DNA of 64,000 bases from Eledone cirrhosa. Taxonomy: Eukaryota. The stretch lies in the NCBI GenBank assembly GCA_964016885.1, contig OZ024755.1:15934001-15998000 (forward strand), written 5' to 3'. The position numbers and the translations under genes are program-made. Below are positions 12,022 through 27,411 of the stretch, piece after piece (the stretch's first letter is position 1; each line of letters opens with the position of its first letter). The notes beneath the pieces are model-generated. The model worked only from the letters and a program-made list of their open reading frames with translations. It did no database searches and was not told the DNA's origin.

Positions 12022-13131
12022 AAAGGCAAACAGAAATAACAAAGTAAACGACACAGTACAATGAAGATAGATATATATCCAAAAGGACATAGACAAATCT
12101 ATTACTGTTAAAGTAACTCAAAGAAAGTTAAAAGAAATAAAAACAAAATTACAAAGTATTTATTTCTATATTAAATAATAAAATGGATGCAGAATATATA
12201 ATCATGAGATACATGAACTTGTTTTATTTTATATTACACACCAAGAGAATTAAGTAATCTCGTATAGTTTATGCCTCAAAGAATGGAGAAGATTACTCTT
12301 ATTTTACCTTCTTTTATATCATAAAATTATCGAAGAAAAATTATACTGACGTAGAATAATTTTCGGGGTTTTTTTTCTTCTGTTTTGTAATAATAGTTTA
12401 GGTTACTGATATTCTTTTTTGTTTCTTGTTTTGTTTTAGTTTGGGGTGGGGGAGAAGAGAGTTCGTTCATTTTGTTTTTCATTAAGTTTCAAAATTATTG
12501 AGTTTTGCTTAAAGTTTCCTTCTACGCAGTCACAACACATTCTTTAACCTTCCGTTAAGATCATCCATGGTTAAGAAATTCCCCCCTTTCATTACATGAA
12601 TAGATTTAACACAAAACCCGACCAACTGTTACAATGTTGCAGAAGAAAAGTGATTTGTGAATATTAAACTAGTCATGGTGCCTAGTGATGATTCATTAAA
12701 CTAAAATGGCCAAAAATTAAAAAAGAAATTTACTAGACATCATTAGAAAGAAGAAAAAAAACTAAGATATTTTAGATATTTGATTAGAAAAAATATTTAG
12801 AAAAGTAGGATAAATAAATGGGAAGAGAAGAAGGGGAAAACCAAGAATTACGTATATAGATATGAAGAATATAGTATGAATTATGATATATTTCATTATC
12901 ATCTAGCAAATATATAAGATTAAATAGAAGTACATGTAATCAATTAATTATTGCAAGGAACCTTACATATATATATATATATATATATAGTAATAATAAT
13001 AAATTTGAAGACTAAAATCCAAAGAGGGCTCGATAAGGATAAATATATATTAAATATATAAGAACCGTTTCAGAAGATCCCGTTAAGGGTGAAAGCAGCG
13101 ATTCTTTGCTTAAACTTTAATCTGTTAGTTT

Positions 13132-13213
<82 letters not shown>

Positions 13214-13267
13214 AGAAAAAGAGAGAGAGAGAGAGAGAAGAAAATTTCGCTCTACATGGCTGAATAC

Positions 13268-13528
13268 AATAAATGTAATCTGAGTTTTTCGAATATTAAT
13301 AATAACATTCGATTCGTTTGTTCTGACAGTTTGGCAGGTGAACAGTGAGGTGTACTGATGAAGGGTGATACTCAGAAACATTAGTGTCTGCAGTTCTGTT
13401 CGCATGCCAACACAAGAGCAAGAATGAAGTGTTCATTCTACTGACATGGCTATAAAATTGAGGCTTGTTTGCATAATTGCAAACGAATCGAATGTTATTA
13501 TTAATATTCGAAAAACTCAGATTACATT

Positions 13529-13532
<4 letters not shown>
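13268..13532 (+). mobile_element. Short element with perfect 53-bp inverted ends enclosing a hammerhead (Penelope-type terminal repeat with inverted 5' copy)
   Basis: 13268-13320 equals the reverse complement of 13480-13532; abuts (TA)n on the right. Confidence 0.75.
13351..13392 (+). ncRNA. Type I hammerhead ribozyme motif
   Basis: TGTA-CTGATGA-AGGGT gat ACTCA-GAAA-CATTAGT-GTC-TGCA: 4-bp stem I, 4-bp stem II, near-palindromic stem III, GUC triplet. Confidence 0.7.
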
Positions 13533-13621
<89 letters not shown>

Positions 13622-13903
13622 CATATATATTATATATATATATACATATATATTATATATATATATTATATATATATATTATATAAATATATATATATGA
13701 TGATTTCTACTATAGGCACCACAAGGCCAGTAATTTTATTGGAGGGGAAATTCGATCAAACCGACCCTAATACATTACTAGTACTTTATTTTATCGACCC
13801 TGTAAGGATGAAAGGCAAAGCCAAATCTCGGCGGGATTTGAACTCAAAACGTATATATATAGACGGTAGTGAGTGTGTGTGTTTTTATATATATATATAA
13901 ATA

Positions 13904-13965
13904 CAGTCCAGAATTAGCCATCGAAACGGCTTGAGCTCAGCCGTCGGGGTCTTACTTGTTCCTAT
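13904..13965 (+). mobile_element. Fragment of the 31530-type element (3' half of a hammerhead)
   Basis: TCCAGAATTAGCCATCGAAACGGCTTGAGCTCAGCCGTCGGGGTC...CCTATA; a shorter piece lies on the minus strand at about 19824-19861; both in TA-rich microsatellite. Confidence 0.7.
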
Positions 13966-15006
13966 ATAAATATATATATATATTGTATATAGTTTAGTTG
14001 AGTAAATGTGAGTATATAGGTACACCAGTTACTACATTCTTACACCAACAGGAATGATGAAAGATTAAATTCCAATGCATTGTCGAAACATGTGTAAAGA
14101 CTAAAGGACATGTGCATGGCCAAATTTGATATACAATGATTAAAGATCAAACACACCACATCATAAAAATGGATAAAAAAAATAATGCCAATTTTGAACC
14201 CTTTGTACCGCAAAGAAATACAACGTACTGACTCAGTCTTTTTATCATTGCTGTAATAGCTCCTCGTCTAGGTCACGTAGTAGACCTGTTTCTCCAGATC
14301 TAAAGCCAATTGTAATTCCCTTCCCACTAAAGTTCCCGCTCTGAACACCACCTCACTTCCACTACCAGATTGCAATAACTCAAAACGTACATTAAGAAGC
14401 ACTAACTTCCTGTAATATTCTTATTTCCAGTCCAATAAGCTACGGAGGTTTCTACTTAGAAAAATTAAGGAAAATTAATGAATACAGTTAATTATATCTG
14501 TATCTCTACTTGATTTAGTAATTTGCAATCTAATTTGCAGGCGATTAGAATGGGGGAGATATTTTGTAAGATATGCTGTTAGTGTCTCCTTTGCATTTAA
14601 AATACCTCTCGGAAGATGTTGTTGCTGATGTTGTTGTTGCTGTTGTTGCTGTTGTAGTAGCTATTGGTGCAGTTGTTTCTGATGTTATTGTTGTTGCTGC
14701 TGTTGATCACGTTGATGTTGTTGGTGCTGTTAGTGCTGATGTTGCTGTTGTTGATGTTAATGTTGTTGATGCTGTTGTTGTTGCTATTGACGTTGTTTTA
14801 TGTTGTTGTTGTTGTTGTAGACATTGATAATGGTGGTGGTGGTTGGGTGGTGGAGGAGGCAATGGATTGCTAAATAGTGGAGATGGTGGTGTTTGGGTCA
14901 GTGGATTGCTCCCTCAATGGCATCCAGAATTAAGTCATCTGTCTTACAGATAAAAATCTTTCTTTATGTAAAATCAATTTAATTTCTAGTCCGTTGTTGT
15001 GCCATA

Positions 15007-15185
<179 letters not shown>

Positions 15186-15545
15186 GTTCTTTGAGTCTCA
15201 GTCATTGATGTTAGTTAACTGGAAAGTTTGTTGAAATGAATATCAAGCCACTACCTGCAGCCTCAGATATGTGTGTTAATGCTTATATATCTGTGAGTTA
15301 ATTCTTATATATATAAATATATATACACACACACACACATACATATGAGCATTAACACACACCGACACCAAATGTGCAATACCACGTAGACAACCGGACC
15401 CACTTAGGCATCGAGTACTCAAATTGATGAACCAATAGTAACTTAAAGTTATACGCCAATAAAATATATATGTATATATAATATATATATATATATGTAT
15501 GTATATATATATATATATATGTGTGTGTGTATGTATATATATGTA

Positions 15546-15620
<75 letters not shown>

Positions 15621-16012
15621 AGGAAGAAAGGATAACAAAAGAAAGAAAGAGAGGAGAAAATAAGAAAGAAATTGAAAGAAACAAGCAAGAAACACGAGTA
15701 CATGAAAATTCAAAAAAAAATAAATAAATAAATAAACATGTTTTGGGTCGAAATAAGAGAATGCTAGAAGCTATATTCCTGTAAACGAGAACAGTTTGAT
15801 AATAAAAGACATATCTATTGATTTCTTCCTATTTCTCTTGAATTATATTACATTACGTCATTGATTTCTTACGTAAGACAGACATATATATTATTATTTG
15901 CTAACAGTTTGATTATACTGGAAAATAAAAAGAACGATTCAGTTGTGTAACAAAAAATAAAAGGACATAATTAAGAAAATGGAGGCTGTAGGAGAGAGAG
16001 AAAGAGAGAGAG

Positions 16013-16095
<83 letters not shown>

Positions 16096-16170
16096 AAATT
16101 AATTATGCAATCTTCTGACGATCTATTTGAACTGGTTTACTGGCTTGCTGAAATGTCAGCTGAATACATA

Positions 16171-16372
16171 CGAGAGTCGACTGAAATGTTCATATGCATA
16201 GGCTGACTATGAAAGTGTGATGTTAGAGCTGTGAAATCTTGCATGCATTAATTTTAACACTTCTTATAAATAACTGCATTGTTTCTTTCCAGGGACTATG
16301 TTGAAAAATAAACCACATTTAATCATTCCATGAGAGTATCTTGATCAGCCTATGAACTTTGCAGACCCTCAC
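16171..16372 (+). mobile_element. Mariner-type MITE (degenerate)
   Basis: TA|CGAGAGTCGACTGAAATGTTC start and internal GTGAAATCTTGCATGCATT...TGCATTGTTTCTTTCCAGG shared with the copies at 23262, 34025 and 63308. Confidence 0.65.
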
Positions 16373-16643
16373 TGTTGCTTGAAACAGACTTTTATGGTGT
16401 TTTCAACAAAATTTCAGCATATTTTTCTTGTTTGGGGGTGCATGGATTAGTGGTTAGTGTCACACTAAATCTCCCAGAAAATTGGATTGTGGGTACACGT
16501 GTCTGTGGAATGCTCAACCATTTGCACGTTGATTTCATGAACTGGCTGTTCCGTTAGTCAAACTACTGGAACACTCATCGTCGAGATTGACGGCAGTCTA
16601 TTCCAATATATATGTTGCCATGCTTATATATATATATATATAT

Positions 16644-16731
<88 letters not shown>

Positions 16732-16763
16732 CATGTAAGTATGTATGTGGATGTGGATGTATG

Positions 16764-16796
<33 letters not shown>

Positions 16797-17164
16797 TGAG
16801 TGAGAGTGAGAGTGAGAGATAAGTGAACTATGCAGTTGTTTGTCGATATGTCTAGCTGCCTTGCTTTGTTTGCTAGCTTGCTCAAGCAAATTAGTTTTTT
16901 GCATGTCGAAGTCTGACAGCGTATATAGTTTCTTGAAAAAGACTATTATAGAGTTTTCTATATTCTGGCATCCATCCGTCTCGAGACACAAAGTAATTCG
17001 TGCTTTTGGTCAGTAAAGAGACATTATTTCAGTATATGGTTGTGTTACTAGCTTGAAAGATTACCTGAAATCACAGTATATATATGTACATATTTATATG
17101 TATATGTACACACATATATATATATGTATGTGTGTGTGTGTGTGTGTGTATGTGCGTGTGTATG

Positions 17165-17222
<58 letters not shown>

Positions 17223-17450
17223 CATACACACACACAGACAAAAGACATTATTTCAGTACACATGGTTGTGTTAATCTGAAATCACAAATCCGTTCGCAAA
17301 CAATTTTTCTTGGCATAAAACCTCTCAGTTCACGAGTAATGAATATACAACAAGCCAACAGCAAGGTTTGGCAACAAACTTGGAGTATTGGCAGGAAAGC
17401 GTCACTTGGTGTTTAGTTAGTTACTATGGTGATATCTATCTGCCTTTCAC

Positions 17451-17535
<85 letters not shown>

Positions 17536-17958
17536 ACATTTCGTATGGGAAAATAGTTTAGGTTTACGAACATTTCGGATGACGAATGACCTTCAAAAGT
17601 TATTGAACCGAGGTTCTACAGTATATTTATAGATATAAGTTTCCATTGTTAGATAATAGATAGATAGGTAGATAGTTAGATATACACATACATACATACA
17701 TACATACATACATACATACATACATACATACATACATACATACATACATACATACATACATACATACATACATACATACATACATACATGCATAAAGAGT
17801 CATACAGACTGACAGGTAGATGATACAAATAAGATATATTGTGTAACTGTTTGCAATAATTAACAACATTATTGAATTCTGTAGAGTTAGTGAAAGATTA
17901 TATCTCTGTATGTTTAATGCTTTGTAATACAAACATATTACGACTCACTCAATATCTA

Positions 17959-18030
<72 letters not shown>

Positions 18031-18336
18031 TATATCTAGTATATCTAGTATATCTAGTATATCTAGTATATACATTTCAAACATATAGAGTTCCCTTTGA
18101 AATTGGTTTATTCTGAAATTATAAAGCAGTTGGTATAAACTAACGCATATATATACGCATACACCACATATATGTATGCATATGTGTGCATTTATATGCA
18201 TGTATATATATATATGTATATAAATTATAAATATGTATGTATGTATGTAACAGTAAACAAAAATAACAAAACAATAAGACGACACAGTACTTTGAAGAAA
18301 TATATTAGTTTAACGCTTGAAATACCAGAAAAAAAG

Positions 18337-18371
18337 TCTTAACGATTCCGACACTAGCCTTCATCAGATAT
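18337..18371 (-). ncRNA. Degenerate hammerhead of the 29998 family (GAAA changed to GAAT)
   Basis: Minus strand CTGATGAAGGCTAGTGTCGGAATCGTTAAGA; flank resembles 29909-29995. Confidence 0.45.
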
Positions 18372-19506
18372 AGAAAAATAAAATAAAATAGAAAGAGAAA
18401 GAGTGAGAAGAGGAAGGAATGAGAGGTAAAATGAGGAAAAAATGCACGCGCGTAATCAGTCAGCAATTAATGCTTGGAACTTGTATCCTAACTTGGTTCC
18501 AGTTTATTTTCTGATATATTTGGGAGGTTAAGAATCTAAATAGTTTCCGTTTATACAATTTCCCTCACTAAGCATGGATCAAACTTAAAAAATAATCTAA
18601 AGACTGACTCGAGGATGAAGTGATTTAGAGTACAAATACCTCCCTCTGGACACGAGGCCATTTAAACCCCCAGGTTTTGCAGGTACTTATTTTTAACTGA
18701 GTATATTGGAGCAACGTGGAATGACGTATTTTATTCAAGAACACAACACACAACCCAGTACAGGAATCGAACACACGGCATTATGATCATAAGTTCAATA
18801 CCCTTGCCACTAGGTCAACGAGGCTATGGTAAATGACATTTGTCTAAAGTGTCAACCAGTGGGATCGAAACCGAAATCTGATTGCGAAGCAAACCTCCTC
18901 CCCATTCGGCTATGCTGTGTCGACAACAACAACAACAGCAACAATAACAGCTATCCATAACTTTTTCTATGATCAGCCGCCGTTTGCTGCGACAGATTGA
19001 CAATTAAATGTTGCAACCAAACCACCATTTTTTTTCTCTTTCTCATGTTTAATGTTTAAAAAAAAACTGATCGTACATAAGATAACGTAGAGATAAAATA
19101 ATATGAAATAAAGATGAAAAGGATATTGCTAGGAATGGAAGTTCTAAACAAGGATGTGATATAAGGGATGGATTAATAGATAATTCCTGCAGATATTAAA
19201 ACATGATAAAAACAAAGACTACCATTTAAAGGCGACTGTACGACTATGAGACTATATAGAACTATAAGACTGTATGACTGGTTGACTGCACGGAATATCA
19301 ACATGACTGTGGATTGCTTATTCATGAGCTCACATATCTGAAACGCACACACACACACACACACATACACAAACACACAAACAAACACACACAAACATAT
19401 GTATGGATGGTGTATGTGTGCTGTGTGTTGTGTATGTCTATATGCGCGTACATATGTATATATATATATATACACATAAATAAATAAATAGTATAATGTG
19501 TGTGTG

Positions 19507-19550
<44 letters not shown>

Positions 19551-19923
19551 CTATTTATTTATGTCCATACACGGAACATACATATATATTATTATATATA
19601 TACATATATACAAATAAATGCATATACATTCATGTATACATACATATTCATGTATACATACATATTCATGTATACATACATATGCACACTCACATTCATA
19701 GTTAGAAACAATCTATATATTTATTCATGTAGGCGTGTGTGTGTGTGTAATATTTAATATATTTAATATATACAATATACAACTGATATCAGTTTGTGTG
19801 TAAATATATATATATATATATATATAGGAACCAGTAAGACCCCGACAGCTGAGCTCAAGCCATATATATATGTGTGTGTGTGTGTGTATATATATACGTA
19901 TATATATATATGTATATATATAC

Positions 19924-19968
<45 letters not shown>

Positions 19969-20032
19969 TGCATACATACATACATACATACATACATACA
20001 TACATACATACATACATACATACATACATACA

Positions 20033-20063
<31 letters not shown>

Positions 20064-20338
20064 TCAATATATTTAATATATTTAATATATACAATATAAA
20101 ACTGATATCAGTTTGTGTGTGTGAAAGTAATTTTATATGCATATAGAATTATTCATGTATATTTTGATGTGTGTGTCTGTGTGTGAATTTGTGTGTATGC
20201 GTATGTATGTGTGTTTTGTGTATGTACATATATATCTAACTACATACTTACTTCCAATAATATGTATATGTGTATGCCAACTCCTTTACATTATTTTGTT
20301 TGTATGTATATGTATTGGATATGTATATGTATACATAC

Positions 20339-20432
<94 letters not shown>

Positions 20433-21149
20433 ATTCAGGATATACTCTGCACGAGTGTTTTGTATACATATGTAAATATAAATGACATATTTATACATCT
20501 GCATAGGTCAACAAAAATGTTGTAACACACACACAAATACAATCTCCACCCCCACTGCCTCCACACACACACAATGCAGAAAAGTAGTTTATAGCCATTT
20601 ATAGTGTATACAAACCCGGAGAGATCGTAGGTCGTCTATCTAAATTTTCATAAGAGGGCATTCGCTGGCAACACGGATTAATTAAATCATACAACCTAAC
20701 AAAGTGTTTGGGGAGATAATTTGATATAAATCATACTTTTTTAATAAACATAGAATTTTTGTCTCGCTGTGAAAAATAAACAGTCTTAACACCTCATGCT
20801 TCATATCTCAATAGATAGAAAGACGGGATCGATCTGACGAGTTTCTAGTCTTGTTAACCCGTTATCAGAGAGAAAATATCCCCCTCTTCAGTCCATGGAG
20901 AAATTGGTAGCTTAGAGTTATTATTTGTGCGCACATACTCGAATATAACCAAACTAGCCTGATTAATTTGCATATTAGTCCATACGCTACAGCATAGATG
21001 AATTAATTCCTGTAGAGTACACTATAACAGCACGTTTGGATAATATGACATGGAAGGTATAGTTTTTTTTTATAAATATTCATGTTTTATTTGATATGTC
21101 TGGAGGAAGAAGCAGTATCAATGGCCATCACAGACCATTTGAGTCCGGA

Positions 21150-21560
21150 AAGATTGATGCCATTAATGTTTTGTTGCAGGTAAACAAAGGGAATTCTAGA
21201 GGGTCGACATCCTTGGTAAGAAGGATTAGCATTAATGGTTAGTGCGGAACCTGTGTTGGCACAACATTGTAGAGGACCAACATCCTTAGTAGAAAGGACA
21301 AGCCGTTGTGGTTAGTGCGGCGTCTGGGGTGGCAGTGGGGTAAATACAATATGGGAGATGATTAAATGAGATACGAGGGAGTCGAGAGTTCCTGGGTGGG
21401 ATTGGTGTGAATCCAGCCAGCTCGGGGAAACAGAGACCATTGTAGTAACTGCAGAAGAAGCAGAAAGAGGAAACAACAAGTTTGTAGACCAGATGTTAGA
21501 GAGTCTCAGAGAATGACTTTAAAACAAAGGTTTTCTATCTACGGAGAAATAAAATCTGTG
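21150..21560 (-). mobile_element. 3' fragment of a CR1/L2-group LINE, degraded
   Basis: Minus strand gives FCSYYNGLCFPELAG...RRRTNHNGLSFLLRM..YN, resembling the YYNGxCSxELA...RT..SF.R..WN.LP C-terminus of such LINEs; internal ~40-bp duplication. Confidence 0.55.
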
Positions 21561-22879
21561 GTGCGGTGTGGTAAAACTTCTTGTGTTTTATATTAACATT
21601 TACTCAGCTTACTATAGTGATACTTTATAAATATTTGCTTTTGTCAATATTTTACAAATGTTATTCTTTTTTGTTTCTATTTTAAAATTTTAGTTACGGA
21701 AGTCGCAGATGTACTCGACGGAAGCAAACGCCACCATCATCACCATTGTTTCCAATACCATCACTATCATTCTTAACATCATCATCATCATCATTGTCGT
21801 CGTCATCGTGGCCGTTGTCTTCATTACCCACATTATCTACTACAGAGAACACAGCCACAGATCAATAAGATATACTCCCTGTTTTTAGCTTTAATACTTA
21901 TATACAATACAAAACCATAGATGATTTGTAATGCAGCAAATAGTATGACATGCATATGTAGCGATAATGGGATTCAAAGTAAAAGTTATCGTGGTTGATG
22001 CTATTGCTGTTGTTAGTGTTGCTGTTATTGATATTATAGTTGTTACTGGTGTGGTTGTTGTTGCTATTGCTGTTGTTGTTGTTGCTATTGCTTTTATAGT
22101 TGTTAACATTGCTGTTATTGTCGCTGAAATTGTAGTTATTGTTGTTGTTACTGCTGTAGTTGTTTTGATCTTAATACATAAAAGATGCGACAACAACGCC
22201 ATCTAAACCACGGATTAAAAATGCACAAATATAAAATATAAAATGAAAGAAAGCGCAGAAGCTTTTGAGTTTAATCCAGATGTCCTCTGAAAGTCAAATA
22301 ATACAGAAAGGTTTGTGGTACAGGGCACAAAGCAATTTGCCGGTCTACTCGTATAAGTTCCATTGATCTTAGTAAATATCGACTTTTGGATAGCAAATCA
22401 TTAAAAGCCAGTAGAAAATGCATTAAGATTTATTGCATTTTAAAACAGATGTGTGTGCATCAACTGTGAGCTCATATGTGTAAGATAGAACTATAGAGAT
22501 TCAAATTTCTTGATTGGTTGGTCACAAAGGCAGCTACGATGGTGGGGTTATTAGATTTTTTATGCTAGTTTTCTGATTCCAATTTTTTTTAAACCTAAGC
22601 ATTAGGCTTTTAAACTTTTCAATTTATCGAGAGAACTTCTGGGTAGAAAATCGCTGAGTGGGCTTACGTAATTTGGTTAAAGCAAGTTGAGTTTGTTGCG
22701 TCATCAAGTTCCAAGTATACAATACAACTGCTACTGTGAAATACAAACACAAGACCAGACCCGTGAGGCCTGTGTCTTATCTACTTAGTCGTTTCAACAA
22801 AGAATTTCCTTTAGTTAAAGAAATTATAAAACAACGAAAGTTTGGTATGAGCTAAATATAGATTTCTAATTTAGAAACT

Positions 22880-23045
22880 CTCTATATATCTTTCTCATTT
22901 CCATTCTTTCACTCTCTATCCTTCTCAAGAGGAAATCTGCTGTATTCAGACCTGGGGAGGAGATGAGCTCCGCCAGGTTTTAAAATACCCTAAGAAACGC
23001 CATATGCTAATATGGCTCCCTTACAACTCCATCAGGAGTTACGGA
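22880..23045 (+). repeat. Dispersed unclassified repeat, second copy at about 55470-55635
   Basis: Shared CACTCTCTATCCTTCTC...GAAATCTGCTGTATTCAGACCTGGGG...ATGAGCTC...AATATGGC...AACTCC.TCAGG.GTTA. Confidence 0.8.
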
Positions 23046-23261
23046 AAAGAGAAAGGAAAAATGAATATAGAAACCTGACCTCGTATTTTGGGGGAAGAAT
23101 ATGGTAGGTACTTCTTTCATCAACCCTTGAAAGAATGAAAGGCAAGTTGACCTTATGGGATTCGAAATTAAAACTTTAAGGGGCGTAATTAAATGCAGAA
23201 AGGTATTTCCAACGTTCTATCAGGTCAGCCAATTGCTCATTCTTGGTATGAAGTGTATATA

Positions 23262-23412
23262 CGAGGATCGACTGAAAATTTCATAGGATGAGTAGGAAGA
23301 AGTGATGTGAAATCTTGCATGCATTCATTTCAAATCTTCTTATTAATAATTGCATTGTTTCTTTCCAGGTAAACTGACATCTGACTGTTCAATGCTTTTC
23401 AGCCGACCCTCG
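23262..23412 (+). mobile_element. Mariner-type MITE with both TIRs and TA target duplication
   Basis: TA|CGAGGATCGACTGAAAA ... TTTTCAGCCGACCCTCG|TA. Confidence 0.8.
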
Positions 23413-24082
23413 TATATTTATCCTTTGTTTGCATGAGTAGAAAAATGCTGAGCTTGTGTGGCATCCGTATTTATCTTGCTGATGTTAGAATCGCAGCCAA
23501 AATTAATATCTGAGCTCAGTAGTGTAGAACCAGGGACAGTTCCAGATGGTTTTGGTATCAAAATAATCAAATCAAATAAAAACAAAAGGATTTTATTTAA
23601 TGACATTAACTTTCCCATTATTAAGCTGGTGTTTGGAACATAACTTAACAAATGTCCTTACATAAAATTATGGTGGATGTTTTGTTTTGTTTTTTAGATA
23701 AATATACTACTCGAAAACAAATAGTTTTATATGGCGGAATCAGAGGCGGTTTTAGGTTGGTTTCATACAAAAAATTGTTAAATAAATGTAATAACAAAAA
23801 AAGTACTGTAATATCAATCAGGAAAAAGTGTGAAGGTTTCCTGTTATTCAAAGTTGTGTAAAAGGATTTCATTATCGGTTTACATCTGCGAAATATTTCA
23901 AATATCAGCACATAGAATTGCATTAGTGATATCAGTGAAGCTCTACTCAATCATTAAAGTTTTATGATCTGGGTTACATGTCTGCAATAACTGAAAAAGT
24001 TGATGTCGTTTCTAATACCGATGTTTTTCCCTTCTCTCACTTCTGCATTCTACATTCTAAATTCAACACTCTACGTTCTACG

Positions 24083-24337
24083 TTCTATATCATACATTAT
24101 ATATTATACATTCTATATCATACATCCTATATCATACATTCTATATCATACATCCTATATCATACATTCTATATCATACATTCTATATCATACATTCTAT
24201 ATCATACATTCTATATCATACATTCTATATCATAGATTCTATATCATACATTCTATATCATACATTCTATATCATACATTCTATATCATACATTCTATAT
24301 CATACATTCTATATTATACATTCTATATTATACATTC
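24083..24337. repeat. 14-bp minisatellite (ATCATACATTCTAT), ~18 units
   Basis: Directly visible tandem array. Confidence 0.92.
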
Positions 24338-24566
24338 CCTCTGCGCCGTTTGAACTTATAAGGCGACGGCGATAGACGTAGCGTGGTCAAATGGTTAAAA
24401 CGTTTGCCTAACAATGGTTAAAACGTTTGCTTAGCAATCATATAATCTCGGGTTCGATTCTGATACTCGGGCGTAAGATCTTGGGAAGAGGTGTCATTTA
24501 CTACAGCTTCCAGTCGACCCCAAGTCTCGTAAGTGGAATTAGATAAACAGAAACTGTTTGTGATGT

Positions 24567-24815
24567 GGAGGCGTGTGGCCTAGTGGTAATGATATTGTGG
24601 GTTTTATTCCTAGACTAGGTTATGTGTTGTGTTCTTGAGCAAAACACTTCCTTTCACGTTGTTCTAGTATACTCAGCTGAAAAATGAGTACTAGCAATAG
24701 TTGGGGATTTAACCCTGCGATTTATTGACGTCCTGTCCAGCAGAGAGTCTAGTTCTCTCAGTCGCTTCATACCACGGAAACCAGGATAAGCACCGGCCTA
24801 ATGAGCATCTGGATA
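24567..24815 (+). mobile_element. tRNA-derived SINE, second family
   Basis: GGAGGCGTGTGGCCTAGTGG head and TGTGTTCTTGAGCAAAACACTTC body; related copy at about 39470-39700. Confidence 0.65.
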
Positions 24816-25142
24816 GCTAGGCACATAGGTACAAAGCTATAGATAGCTACTCCTCTACACGGGACCATCATATCGACATCATATGTGTGAGAGATAGAGG
24901 GAGGTAGGTAAGAAGATAAATTATCACTTCCCAGAAAAATCAAGCACAATCTGGTTATCACAAGAGAGTCGTGTTTTATTGTATTATATGTGTGTGTGTG
25001 TGTGTGTGTACATGTATATACACATATATATACTTATTTAAATATACACATATATGTATATATATATACACATATACATATATGTATATGTATGTGTGTA
25101 TATATATATAAATACACATATACAGTCATGTATATGTATGTA

Positions 25143-25177
<35 letters not shown>

Positions 25178-25234
25178 TTATATAAATATATATATTATTT
25201 ACATTAATAGTTCTGTATAAATAATATAAATATT

Positions 25235-25297
<63 letters not shown>

Positions 25298-25420
25298 ATA
25301 CTAGTTGATATTACCAACATGATGCTACAATGCGCCAACGTTTTCTTCAGTTACTGAATAGGCGAGAAATTTAGCCTCGTTCCCATTTTACATTGCACCC
25401 ACCTCCGTTCCCCCTACACA

Positions 25421-25489
<69 letters not shown>

Positions 25490-25737
25490 TCACTCTTTCC
25501 ATTCATTATAGTTTTATAGAAATTATTAATATCAAACATAATCATCTCTAATAGAACAAAGCTTAAGTGAGAAACTAAGCTGGTTGTGTCTGTGTGTTTA
25601 TGTGTGTGTATGTGTGTGTGTTTGTGTGTGTATGTGTATGCATGTGTGATTGTGCCTATGTGTGTGTATGTGTGTATGTGTGTATGTGTGTATGTCTCTG
25701 TGTTTGTATGGGTGGATATAGGGTACTTATATGTATG

Positions 25738-25777
<40 letters not shown>

Positions 25778-26113
25778 TTTGTGTGTATGTGGGTATGTGT
25801 GTATGCATGTGTGTGAGTGTGGGTGGGTGTGTATGTGTGTATGTATATGTGTACGTGTGTATGTATATGTGTGTATGTGTATGTGTGTACGTGTGTGAGT
25901 GTATACAAGAGAGACAGGGTGATATAGAATACGTATATGTATACCTGTGTGTGTATTGGTGTGGGGGTGTGCGGCGTAGATGTATGAATGTCAGGGTGTG
26001 GGGTTTGAGTGGGAGTATATATGTGTGTATATATGGGGAGGGTAGTGTAGAGGTGTGTGTTACATAGTTAAGTGTGACATGAAAAAAATTACTGCAAGAC
26101 ACTTACATATGTG

Positions 26114-26207
<94 letters not shown>

Positions 26208-26488
26208 TGTGTTTGTGTACATTTATATGTATGTTTCTGTATGTGTACACACGCATGCATATGTAACACTCTTCCCGACTTTTATTTGGCTGATCCATGT
26301 TTTATTTGGTGATCCATTTTTTATTTGATGCATCCATTTTTTTTATTTGGATGATCCATGTTATTCTCACTCTATCTATTGAAATATGTAGATTTATACA
26401 TACGTACACACATACACACATACATTACTTTATATACTGAGATATATACACATACATGTCCCCTCAATCTATCTTATTTCTCATTCTT

Positions 26489-26524
26489 TATTCTGATGAA
26501 GGACTAACGTCCGAAACGATAAGA
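26489..26524 (+). ncRNA. Hammerhead of the 29998 family with mutated cleavage region
   Basis: TATT-CTGATGA-AGGAC taac GTCC-GAAA-CGAT-AAGA within a ~150-bp element (26460-26612) ending in (TA)n. Confidence 0.55.
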
Positions 26525-26608
26525 CCCTCTTCCTGCTATTTCAAGCGTCAACCTAATATATTCCTTCCATCTACTGTACCGATTGTGTTGTTATTTCTGT
26601 TTACCTTT

Positions 26609-26705
<97 letters not shown>

Positions 26706-27293
26706 ATAAGCTTTTTTACATTAATAGTTTTGTATAAATAATATCAATATTTAAATATGTACGTACATGTATACGTGTGTATATGTATGTAAATGTACAT
26801 ACATACATACGTATTTATATATGCATATATGTATATATATATATATATATATATTTGCATGTATGTATATATTTGTGAGAATGTGCGTGTGTGTATGTAT
26901 ATTTATATATGTGTGTGTGTATGTTTGTACGTATGTATGAGAGATAATATTAAATATATACATGTATCATACATGACCAATTCCGAAGTATTAAGAATCT
27001 TATGAAGCTGGAACTAACCAGTTACATCAGCCTAACGTTCCTGTTCACTATATTCCATTATTCCATTATTCCATTAAGTATATCCTTTGGGACAGCTGCA
27101 AAACGAAATGTTCTTACAGGCTTCAGGAATAATTTGCACAAGATGACACGCTATGAAACAGCACAGCTATCTCTGTTGACGGCTTCTATGGCTGTCCATG
27201 TTATGTGTGTATATATATATATGTATATATATGTGTGTGTGTGTGTGTGTATTATGTATGTATATATATACATATTATATATATATATGTACG

Positions 27294-27411
<118 letters not shown>

